Source: an uncultured Candidatus Saccharibacteria bacterium (lineage in GTDB: Bacteria > Patescibacteriota > Saccharimonadia > Saccharimonadales > CAZDQS01). From it: a stretch of 64,000 nt of DNA. Under the pieces are notes generated by a model, which was not told the origin of the DNA, did no database searches, and saw only the letters and a list, made by a program, of their open reading frames with translations. Each line of letters begins with the position of its first letter. Within the stretch, counting starts at the first letter, position 1. This document shows positions 57,093-64,000 of this stretch, one piece after another. The position numbers and the translations under genes are program-made. Location of the stretch: contig CAZDQS010000001.1 of the NCBI GenBank assembly GCA_964507855.1, positions 7,251 to 71,250 of the forward strand. Reading direction: 5' to 3'.

Positions 57093-58033
57093 ACGGTGTT
57101 CCCCGGCACGAGCGTGCCATCTTCAAAGCGATTGTTTGTCACGATAATATCGGTAACTCCTTTGCGGATATATCCGTAGCGGTAGCCCGAACCGGAGTTG
57201 AGCGTCCCATCAGGGTCAGGGGTAAACACGTTGTCGCGGCAGATGTAATTGTGGCCGTACGACTCGGGATTGGCACACTTGGATTCCTTGCCGCCCATCA
57301 GATAAATACAGTAGTTACCGCCGAAGACATAGTTGCGCTCAACGAGCGGTGAGTACGCATGTGTACAGGCTGCACCGTTGTAGGCTTGAATGAAAATCGC
57401 GGCATTGCCGCCAGCAGCGATATCAGCGTCAATCACATTTTCCCGGATCGTAAAGTACGAGTCTCCTGACGCCTGCATGCCGTCCAGATGCTTCGCAGCG
57501 CCACTCGGCTTGCTCATCCGGATGTAATTCCGCTCGTACAGTGACCGGTCTTCTGCGGTGCCCGATTCTATCTTGATGCCATCGGCAAACCCGTGCACAT
57601 AGGTGTTACGCACCGTCATATGTGTGCCGCCGTTGCCGCCAATTGCCCCGACAGGCCCATTTGCGGCATCGTTGGGATCGGGCAAGGCTTCGACTTCGCA
57701 GTTCTCTATCGTCAAATGGTGCCGGCCGCTCTGCAGACGGATAACGTTGACGTTTGAATAGCCACGCACACGGCAATTACGAATAGTGACGTTATTGGCA
57801 TTCACGGAAATAATACCGCTCACGTCATAATTCTCGATAACAGCGCCATCGGTCGTGACACTCATGTTGCCCGACGGAACAAGTATGTCAGGGTTGCTGA
57901 GCCCCGCAGCGGCGATGATCGCCGCTTTGCTCGGCAAACCGTCCGGCGGCCACCCGTCAAGCACATCTGCACCCAGACCGCCAAAGTTTACCGTCCGGTC
58001 ATCATCAGCCTTGACTATGCCTACCCGCGCCAC
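57089..58033 (-). CDS. Parallel beta-helix protein, paralogue C (no signal peptide); begins with GTG one codon after an in-frame TAG that ends the upstream ORF
   Basis: Core NNVTIRNCRVRGYSNVNVIRLQ...HMTVRNTYVHGFADGIKIESG...HLDGMQASGD is closely similar to paralogue B (43577..44737). Confidence 0.55.
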   Translation of the reverse strand: MARVGIVKADDDRTVNFGGLGADVLDGWPPDGLPSKAAIIAAAGLSNPDILVPSGNMSVTTDGAVIENYDVSGIISVNANNVTIRNCRVRGYSNVNVIRLQSGRHHLTIENCEVEALPDPNDAANGPVGAIGGNGGTHMTVRNTYVHGFADGIKIESGTAEDRSLYERNYIRMSKPSGAAKHLDGMQASGDSYFTIRENVIDADIAAGGNAAIFIQAYNGAACTHAYSPLVERNYVFGGNYCIYLMGGKESKCANPESYGHNYICRDNVFTPDPDGTLNSGSGYRYGYIRKGVTDIIVTNNRFEDGTLVPGNTV

Positions 58034-58036
58034 AGG

Positions 58037-58396
58037 CTATGCCCCCGTATCAATAATGTGATCGCCTGGCTGGCGGTTTGCCGGTGCGCCAAGCGTCGTG
58101 TAGTCACCGACCCATACAACTGGCCCGGACCAGCTAGGCCGCGCCTGGTTCGTTGCTGTGTACGTGACATGGTACGGCAAATAACCCGTATCAAAACTAA
58201 GGTCCTCGATATCCGCCGTCGTATGGGTATGATCGGCCGCTGCTTTATGACTTAAGTCTGTGGTGAGATTCTGGATTTTGCTCTGTGGTATGCCACCCTT
58301 CAGCTTGCCCTCGGCGTCATGGGCAACGCTCAGGTATTCATTGAGGATGTCGCCCCATGTATATTCGTCTGAGCCAGGTATCGGCAGGCGTGGCAT
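58037..58396 (-). CDS. 119-aa N-terminal module in-frame with the downstream beta-helix ORF (separated only by TAG); resembles phage tail-fibre/tailspike N-terminal regions
   Basis: K...HTHTTADIEDL and LKGGIPQSKIQNL motifs recall receptor-binding/tail-fibre proteins (from memory); same frame as 57089..58033 with a single TAG at 58037..58039. Confidence 0.4.
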   Translation of the reverse strand: MPRLPIPGSDEYTWGDILNEYLSVAHDAEGKLKGGIPQSKIQNLTTDLSHKAAADHTHTTADIEDLSFDTGYLPYHVTYTATNQARPSWSGPVVWVGDYTTLGAPANRQPGDHIIDTGA

Positions 58397-58460
58397 AGTA
58401 ACAATACATCCCTCACTTAACTTATCTGTAGTTTACCAAACGTAAGCAGTTTGGTCCAAG

Positions 58461-58688
58461 TTACTGGTCGTCTTTGCGGCCGGTGCGGCGGAGTATGCGG
58501 ACGACTAACACAACGAAAATAATGGTTGCTGCAACCGTACCGGCAAGCACCAAGCCCGTACCCGTATCAACAAGTGACGATGGCGTCTCGGTCGTCGTCG
58601 TGTTCTCAGAATATGCGCCGCCGCCATAATCCCCTTCACCGTAGGCTTGGGCAAGATAGCTGGAGAGTTCGTATTTGTATAACTGCAT
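58461..58688 (-). CDS. Small protein with a C-terminal TM anchor and basic tail (possible variant sorting signal)
   Basis: 75 aa; Y/G-rich N-terminus, then SLVDTGTG + LVLAGTVAATIIFVVLVV + RILRRTGRKDDQ. Confidence 0.3.
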   Translation of the reverse strand: MQLYKYELSSYLAQAYGEGDYGGGAYSENTTTTETPSSLVDTGTGLVLAGTVAATIIFVVLVVRILRRTGRKDDQ

Positions 58689-58770
58689 CGTGTTTGTCTC
58701 AATACTTTATAATATCTGTTACTGCTTATGATATCATACACATGAATGTGAATGTAAAAGTGAGGGTACT

Positions 58771-58953
58771 ATGTTATCTCAAGTCGGTTTCATCAACTTA
58801 GGCGCACCAGAACTCATCATCATCCTGGTGATTGTGCTCCTGCTCTTCGGCGGCAAGAAGCTGCCGGAACTTTCTCGCAGCATTGGATCTTCTTTGCGTG
58901 AAATTCGTGGAGGATTAAATGGCGAGGAAGATAAATCCAGCAAGAAAGAATAA
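58771..58953 (+). CDS. tatA: Twin-arginine translocase subunit TatA/E
   Basis: LGAPELIIILVIVLLLFGGKKLPELSRSIGSSLREIRGG is the TatA TM + amphipathic helix signature. Confidence 0.8.
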   Translation: MLSQVGFINLGAPELIIILVIVLLLFGGKKLPELSRSIGSSLREIRGGLNGEEDKSSKKE

Positions 58954-59929
58954 AAAGCGCGCCCGGCCACTCCACGCTAAGCAATCATTCATAGCCCACG
59001 TCCGTGAGCTGCGCCGGCGGGTCATGATTATTGCGGCTGCTGTAGCCATTTTTTGTGGTGTTGGCTTCGTATTGCTTGATGAAATTACCGACCTGCTGCT
59101 CCGCCCCGCTAACCAGCAGCAGTTTATCTACACGTCGCCCGGCGGCGGCTTTGACTTCAATTTCCGTATTATTCTCTACACTGGCCTGGCGCTCAGTGTG
59201 CCGGTATTTGTCTATCAGTTGTTTAAGTTCCTAGAACCGCTTCTCCGGCGACATTCCCGCCGCTTTATTTTTCGAGCGACACTGCTGTCATGCTTCTTGG
59301 CAATCTGTGGCTTGTTGTTCGGTTACTTCGTGAGTCTCCCGGCCGCGCTGAACTTCCTGCTCCGGCAATTCGAGACTGACCAAATATCAGCGCTGTTAAC
59401 TATCCAGGAGTACATGTCATTCGTACTCATCTACCTGGTCGGCTTTGCCCTCCTCTTCCAAATTCCGCTCATTATGCTGTTTTTCAACCGCATCAAGCCG
59501 CTCAAACCCCGCCGGCTCTTCGGCTTCCAACGCTATGTTGTGTTAATCGCGTTCGTTCTGGGAGCCATCTTAAGCCCCACTGCCGATATCATCAACCAGG
59601 CCATTATGGCCGGGCCAATTATCGTTATGTACCAGTTTGGTATTGTCCTCGTCTGGTTCCACAACCACCGAAGCAAAGTAACTAAGATTGAAGCCCTGCG
59701 CAAAGCCGACGAAGAGCGCCGTCAGGAGCGGCTTCGACAGGCCCACACCCTCAAGCTATCTACCCCACCGGCAGCAACAACCAAAGCCACACCGGCCGCC
59801 CCCGTAGCCGCACAGCCAACACCAATCCGCACGGCAGTCAGTCGGCCAAGCTCCAAGTATGCGCAGATGGTAGCTCCGCGTGGCAGGCTCACCTACTCTG
59901 GTTCTGCTCAGAACAACCTTGTTCAATAG
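58919..59929 (+). CDS. tatC: Twin-arginine translocase subunit TatC with a roughly 80-aa C-terminal extension
   Basis: Six TM helices with conserved RELRRRVMIIAAAVAIF, LLRPANQQ, FLEPLL and PTADIINQ regions; the ORF-track start overlaps tatA by 35 nt, so the true start may be further downstream. Confidence 0.8.
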   Translation: MARKINPARKNKKRARPLHAKQSFIAHVRELRRRVMIIAAAVAIFCGVGFVLLDEITDLLLRPANQQQFIYTSPGGGFDFNFRIILYTGLALSVPVFVYQLFKFLEPLLRRHSRRFIFRATLLSCFLAICGLLFGYFVSLPAALNFLLRQFETDQISALLTIQEYMSFVLIYLVGFALLFQIPLIMLFFNRIKPLKPRRLFGFQRYVVLIAFVLGAILSPTADIINQAIMAGPIIVMYQFGIVLVWFHNHRSKVTKIEALRKADEERRQERLRQAHTLKLSTPPAATTKATPAAPVAAQPTPIRTAVSRPSSKYAQMVAPRGRLTYSGSAQNNLVQ

Positions 59930-59985
59930 CTTGACAACCACGTGCGACTTGCTTAAGCTTTCTACTAGAGGTTAGAAAAATAAAA

Positions 59986-60201
59986 ATGAAACAAATAGAC
60001 ACACTGCTCAAACAAGAAATGTCACGTAAGGAATTCCTGGCGGCCATTGGTATGGGTATTGCCGCGATTATGGGCTTCTCCCATCTTATCCGCTTGCTGA
60101 CCGGCAAGGATATCCAGTCTCCATTACAGGGTTCTACTCTTCGCTCAAACGGCGGCTATGGCGCAAGCGTCTACGGCGGCAGCCGTAAAACATCTCTTTA
60201 G
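59986..60201 (+). CDS. Small protein with a Tat-like (RK variant) signal peptide
   Basis: 71 aa; MSRKEFLAAIGMGIAAIMG resembles S-R-R-x-F-L-K + h-region with RK in place of RR; located immediately after tatAC. Confidence 0.3.
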   Translation: MKQIDTLLKQEMSRKEFLAAIGMGIAAIMGFSHLIRLLTGKDIQSPLQGSTLRSNGGYGASVYGGSRKTSL

Positions 60202-60340
60202 GTTTTACTCATAAGTCGGGATGGCTGGTGATGCTTGAAGGGCGTGCGCGTCTGCGCTCGCAATGGCCTGTCGAAAGACCCCTTCTTTGCACCACCAGCC
60301 GTACCCGCGTATCACCGGCTCCGGGTGGGAGCTGGAATCG

Positions 60341-60589
60341 TCAGCTGGCCTCGGCCAGGTTCGCCGTGACCAGGGCGAGCGCCTTACCGACGGTCTTGAC
60401 CTCGCCGAGCTCCTCCTCGGGGATGTCGACGCCGAACTCCTCCTCGAGCGCCATGACCAGCTCGACGAGATCGAGGCTGTCGGCATCGAGGTCGTCGCCG
60501 AACTCGGCTTCGAGCGTGACCCGCTCCGGATTGACGTCGAGGGTCTCGGCGATGCACTTCCTGAGCCGTTCGAAGGTGTCGTCTGCCAC
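60341..60589 (-). CDS. acpP: Acyl carrier protein (GTG start after RBS AAGGAAGGAG); markedly higher GC than its neighbours
   Basis: FERLRKCIAETLDV...DLDADSLDLVELVMALEEEFGVDIPEEE with the phosphopantetheine-attachment Ser in DSL; codons almost all G/C-ending. Confidence 0.8.
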   Translation of the reverse strand: MADDTFERLRKCIAETLDVNPERVTLEAEFGDDLDADSLDLVELVMALEEEFGVDIPEEELGEVKTVGKALALVTANLAEAS

Positions 60590-60760
60590 CTTCACTCCTT
60601 CCTTGGCGTGTTGCCTACTTCTGGTTCGGCAACGCGGGTACACACTGACGTAGAGAATGAGACCACCTGGCGGTGACATCTGTTTGTACTTCTCTCGTAG
60701 TGCTAGCTCGATAATACCAATCACCCCTGAAATTACAAAGCATGAGCGTTTTGCCATATA

Positions 60761-60792
60761 AAAAGTCCCGGACTGAAACAACCGGGACTTTT
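60761..60792 (-). terminator. Rho-independent terminator downstream of groEL (potentially bidirectional)
   Basis: Perfect 11-bp stem AAAAGTCCCGG-(10-nt loop)-CCGGGACTTTT; T-rich on both flanks. Confidence 0.55.
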
Positions 60793-60811
60793 CGTGTTTG
60801 GCGCCGGAGGG

Positions 60812-62461
60812 CTACATACCCATCATGCCGCCGCCGGGCATACCGCCTGCTGCAGGTGCTTCCTTTTCGGGAACATCAACAACCAGTGCACCCATCGTCA
60901 TGGATGTGCCGGCGACTGATACCGCGTTTTGGATAGCTTCTTTTGTCACGCGGGCTGGGTCAACGACACCAGCAGACTTCAGGTCAACGAGCTTCGACGG
61001 ATTCGTCACGTTCACACCCTGGCCTGCTTTCGCCGCAGCCTTGACCTGCGGCAGCCACTCGTCAGCGTTGAGGCCGGCATTGGTGAGTAGAATCCTAAAC
61101 GGCTGCTCGAGTGCGTTTTTCAGTATCTGTGCGCCTGCTGCGACCGCGTCAGTACCCTCAACCTTGATTGCTTTGGCGAGATTAATCAATGTCACGCCAC
61201 CACCTGGCACGATGCCTTCGTCGAGGGCAGCCTTAACGGCTGCAACGGCGTCATCAACACGGAATTTCTTTTCCTCGATCTCGGTCTCGGTCGCCCCACC
61301 GACTTTAATGACCGCAACCTTGCCAGATAACGCGGCGCGGCGCTTCTCGAGGTTCTCTTTGTCGTACTCGCTCGAGGCTGCGGCAATTTGGGTTGTGATT
61401 TGGTCAATGCGGGCCTTTACCTCAGCCGGGTTGCCGCCGCCTTCGATGATAGTTGTCTCATCCTTAGTCACAATCACCTTGCGGGCCGAACCAACGACAT
61501 TGAGGTCGACGTTTTCAAAGGTCATGCCCTGGTCTTCGGTAATGACCTGTGCGCCCGTCAGGATAGCAATGTCGTTAAGGATATCCTTGCGGCGATCGCC
61601 AAAGGCCGGTGCCTTGACCGCCAGTGTGTTAAAGACGCCCTTCAGCTTGTTGAGGACCAGCGTGCCGAGCGCTTCGCCTTCGACATCTTCGGCAATCAGC
61701 ACCAGGTCTTTCTTGCCAGCTTGGGCCAGCTTTTCGAGTAGCGGCAGAAACTCTTGGATAGAGCTGATCTTCTTATCGGTGATCACGACTGCCGGCTTGT
61801 CAGCGATAGCTTCCATGCGGGCAGCGTCGGTCACCATGTAGGGGCTGACAAAGCCACGGTCGAACGTGAAGCCTTCGACGACTTCTTTTTCGAGCGCCAG
61901 ACCCTGGCCTTCTTCGACCGTCACGACACCGTCCTTGCCAACCTGTTCGATGACGTCGGCAATCAAGTTACCGATTTCACCGTCACCGGCAGAGATTGTG
62001 GCGACTTCAGCTACTCGCTGCTTGTTGCTCTTGATGTCCTCGGCCAGGGTGCCGAGCTTGGCAAGCACGTCTTGGGCGGCTGCCTCAAGACCCTTGCGCA
62101 GCAGCATGGGGTTGTGGCCAGCGGCAATCAGCTTGTTGGCTTCATTCAGGATGTGGTAGGTCAGCACGGTCACGGTGGTCGTACCGTCACCGGCAACATC
62201 GTTCATCTTGCTGGCTGCTTGCTTGATAAGCTCAGCACCGACTTTGTAGCCAAGCGTTTCGTCATCTTCGTCAGCAATTTCCACGCCCTTGGCGACCGTG
62301 ACGCCGTCGTGGGTGACGGTTGGCGCGCCGTATGACTTACTAATAACGACGTTCCGGCCCTTTGGACCCATGGTCGTTTTGACTGCGTTGTACAGGATTT
62401 CCGCGCCGGCAAGCACCCGCTTGCGCGCGTCTTCGTCATAAAAAACTTTTTTTGCCATCAA
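60812..62461 (-). CDS. groL: Chaperonin GroEL
   Basis: 549 aa, AAKKVFYDEDARKRVLAGAEIL...GPKGRNVVI, C-terminal GGM repeats (GGMPGGGMMGM). Confidence 0.97.
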   Translation of the reverse strand: MMAKKVFYDEDARKRVLAGAEILYNAVKTTMGPKGRNVVISKSYGAPTVTHDGVTVAKGVEIADEDDETLGYKVGAELIKQAASKMNDVAGDGTTTVTVLTYHILNEANKLIAAGHNPMLLRKGLEAAAQDVLAKLGTLAEDIKSNKQRVAEVATISAGDGEIGNLIADVIEQVGKDGVVTVEEGQGLALEKEVVEGFTFDRGFVSPYMVTDAARMEAIADKPAVVITDKKISSIQEFLPLLEKLAQAGKKDLVLIAEDVEGEALGTLVLNKLKGVFNTLAVKAPAFGDRRKDILNDIAILTGAQVITEDQGMTFENVDLNVVGSARKVIVTKDETTIIEGGGNPAEVKARIDQITTQIAAASSEYDKENLEKRRAALSGKVAVIKVGGATETEIEEKKFRVDDAVAAVKAALDEGIVPGGGVTLINLAKAIKVEGTDAVAAGAQILKNALEQPFRILLTNAGLNADEWLPQVKAAAKAGQGVNVTNPSKLVDLKSAGVVDPARVTKEAIQNAVSVAGTSMTMGALVVDVPEKEAPAAGGMPGGGMMGM

Positions 62462-62468
62462 TAACCTC

Positions 62469-62735
62469 CTATTTAACCGTCGCTAAGATATCTTCTTCTT
62501 TGACCAGGATGTACTCTTCGCTGCCAACCTTGACGTCAGTTGTACTGTAGCTCTTATAGATAATCCGATCGTTGACCTTGATCTCCTTGACGCCTTTGCC
62601 AACGGCCAGGACTTTAGCGGTCTTGGGCTTTTCCTGCGCATTGTCCGGCAGGTACAAGCCACTCGCCGTCTTGCTCTCAGCCTTCTCGGCCTGCGCGACG
62701 ACATAGTCTGATAGGGGTTGAATATTGACTGCCAT
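62469..62735 (-). CDS. groS: Co-chaperonin GroES
   Basis: 88 aa, IQPLSDYVVAQAEKAESKTASGLYLPDNAQEKPKTAKVLAVG. Confidence 0.95.
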   Translation of the reverse strand: MAVNIQPLSDYVVAQAEKAESKTASGLYLPDNAQEKPKTAKVLAVGKGVKEIKVNDRIIYKSYSTTDVKVGSEEYILVKEEDILATVK

Positions 62736-62777
62736 CTATGTTTAACCTCCTGTTATTTCACACTTTTCAGATTTAGG

Positions 62778-62804
62778 TTAGCACTTAAATATTGAGAGTG
62801 CTAA
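62778..62804 (-). promoter_or_regulatory. CIRCE element (HrcA operator) upstream of groES
   Basis: TTAGCACTT-aaatattga-GAGTGCTAA matches the CIRCE consensus TTAGCACTC-N9-GAGTGCTAA with one mismatch, about 65 nt upstream of the groES start. Confidence 0.8.
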
Positions 62805-62857
62805 CTACCAGCACTCATAGTAGCCGATTGCCAAAACACCTGTCAATATAGCTGTGG

Positions 62858-63436
62858 TCAACGGAGGCTTCCCTGCGCACCATCATCCTGTAATTGCGGT
62901 TCAAAATCTGCTAACAAGGCTTCAAAATAATGATAGTCAAAATCCTGGTTCTTGCGTGGGTTTTTCACACCCTGTAATTCTCCCTGAACAATTTCAAGTT
63001 CGCCAGGTGCAGCAAACGGCTCCCATGATATGTCGCTTAGCACATGGTCAGCATGTGAACCATCCTCAAGCCCGTACGTCACGGCAGTCACCCGATTGGG
63101 ACGAGGAGGCTCATGTACCGAAACTTCGCTAGTAAGCGCAAAGCGAAGCACAACTCCTGTAATGCTCAATACCGGAATACCCCGCTTTGGAACAAGGGAG
63201 ACTTTGTCGTGAGGAAAGGGATACTGGTCTGTACCGCCGGCAGAACGAATCACAAATCTCCTGGTAAGCCTATGGAAACGGTCTCTAGTCCTCAAAGCTT
63301 CATCAAGACTATGGGCATCATCCAAAATCGCCATGGCGTACTCCACCCCTGGATGGTGGCGTAGATAACGCTCAATGGTTTCCGTGGAAGATATATCTTC
63401 TGGCTTAAACCGGTCATGTTCACTCATGCAACCCAC
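62858..63436 (-). CDS. Hypothetical protein
   Basis: 192-aa ORF upstream of (and same strand as) groESL; no recognisable family. Confidence 0.4.
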   Translation of the reverse strand: MGCMSEHDRFKPEDISSTETIERYLRHHPGVEYAMAILDDAHSLDEALRTRDRFHRLTRRFVIRSAGGTDQYPFPHDKVSLVPKRGIPVLSITGVVLRFALTSEVSVHEPPRPNRVTAVTYGLEDGSHADHVLSDISWEPFAAPGELEIVQGELQGVKNPRKNQDFDYHYFEALLADFEPQLQDDGAQGSLR

Positions 63437-63478
63437 AATTATACAAAATTACACACGAAAGCACAAGTTATGAAATGA

Positions 63479-63507
63479 TTGACAATCTATGTCAATAGTT
63501 GTACGCT
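63479..63507 (+). promoter_or_regulatory. Candidate promoter/operator: perfect palindrome TTGACA-atcta-TGTCAA whose left arm is a consensus -35, with TACGCT 17 nt downstream as a possible -10
   Basis: Seen directly; lies in the AT-rich spacer immediately upstream of the high-GC ORF. Confidence 0.35.
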
Positions 63508-63954
63508 GTGTGCATCCTATCGGATACACCTACAGCCTATGGGGGTGCAGTGTCAGCAGAAGCAAAAATCACCGTCCAACACAACGGCCGCGTCGAGGGG
63601 GCGCCCACGTCGAGGGTCAAGATCTGGATCAACCAGCTCGACCAGGGCAAGCGCCCGAGCCACATCTTCACCAACCTGATGCAAGACGTGGCCAACGACT
63701 TCGAGGACATCGCTACCGTCGTGCTCAGCATCCGCGTGGATGCGCACGTCGAGCTGGTCTTCAACCCCGGCGTCTACAGCGTCGAGGCGGCAGCCGGTGG
63801 GTGGATCGGTGAGATCAACCGGAGGATTCGTGAGATGCCCGGGCAGCTCTATGACGGCCTGCTCACCTTCCGCAGCAACTCCGACATCACCCACGTCTTC
63901 GCCACCAGCGCTCTGGGGTCCAACGGGACCTTCTACGCCGGCGACGACGCCTAG
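63499..63954 (+). CDS. Hypothetical protein encoded by a high-GC (about 65%) segment with G/C-ending codons, unlike the rest of the window; the start is uncertain (possibly the internal GTG near 63560)
   Basis: ORF AKITVQHNGRVEGAPTSRVKIWINQLDQGKRPSHIF...; strong third-position G/C bias begins abruptly at about 63575. Confidence 0.45.
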   Translation: MYAVCILSDTPTAYGGAVSAEAKITVQHNGRVEGAPTSRVKIWINQLDQGKRPSHIFTNLMQDVANDFEDIATVVLSIRVDAHVELVFNPGVYSVEAAAGGWIGEINRRIREMPGQLYDGLLTFRSNSDITHVFATSALGSNGTFYAGDDA

Positions 63955-64000
63955 GTAGTAGCCGACGGAACCCGGACGGGTCAACCACACAGCCAGTGCG

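Noticed and set aside
60205-60781. Long ORFs 60228..60653 (+), 60263..60676 (+), 60205..60486 (-) and the long version of 60341..60781 (-)
   Set aside because: The high-GC acpP island generates stop-free frames in all directions. Only the 83-aa ACP frame starting at GTG 60589 has a recognisable product and an RBS.
1-64000. Alternative genetic code (UGA recoding as in some CPR lineages)
   Set aside because: polA, pnp, groEL and others terminate at TGA or TAG exactly where the homologous proteins end. No in-frame TGA interrupts conserved domains, so the standard code is used.
1-64000. CRISPR arrays, rRNA/tRNA genes, transposases/integrases
   Set aside because: No direct-repeat/spacer periodicity, no tRNA-like cloverleaf candidates in the intergenic regions I inspected, and no ORF with DDE, tyrosine-recombinase or serine-recombinase motifs. 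The window appears free of classical mobile elements.

Overview
This window reads as a gene-dense bacterial chromosomal segment using the standard genetic code (TGA and TAG both act as stops; polA ends in TGA). Most of the DNA is roughly 50-55% GC, with two short patches of about 65-68% GC, one at acpP and one at the right edge. The housekeeping backbone is clear: an RNase J 5' fragment, rpsO-pnp, truB, rpsT, holA, mutM, polA, rpoD-dnaG, argS, orn, msrB, mscL, tatA-tatC, acpP, and groES-groEL with a CIRCE operator. Between these sits an unusually large set of secreted or surface proteins. There are four proteins with C-terminal dockerin-like double Ca-loop modules and three paralogous parallel beta-helix proteins. 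There is also a 913-aa FN3-repeat surface protein, a SipW-type signal peptidase beside a TasA/camelysin-like substrate, and an LPXTG protein. Also notable are a three-gene lipid module (CDP-alcohol phosphatidyltransferase, PHP phosphoesterase, CarS/DUF46-like) near a polyprenyl synthase, and an OtsA-OtsB fusion. Several core proteins are decorated or degenerate: rpsT with a Lys/Ala/Pro tail, a DnaG whose zinc-ribbon has lost all four Zn ligands, and an NrnA-like DHH protein with lost motifs plus a proline-rich tail. Taken together this suggests a reduced-genome, Gram-positive-like lineage such as a Saccharibacteria/CPR-type epibiont, but that is inference only. I saw no rRNA, tRNA, CRISPR array or transposase. 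Coordinates of fine-scale motifs may be off by about one base.
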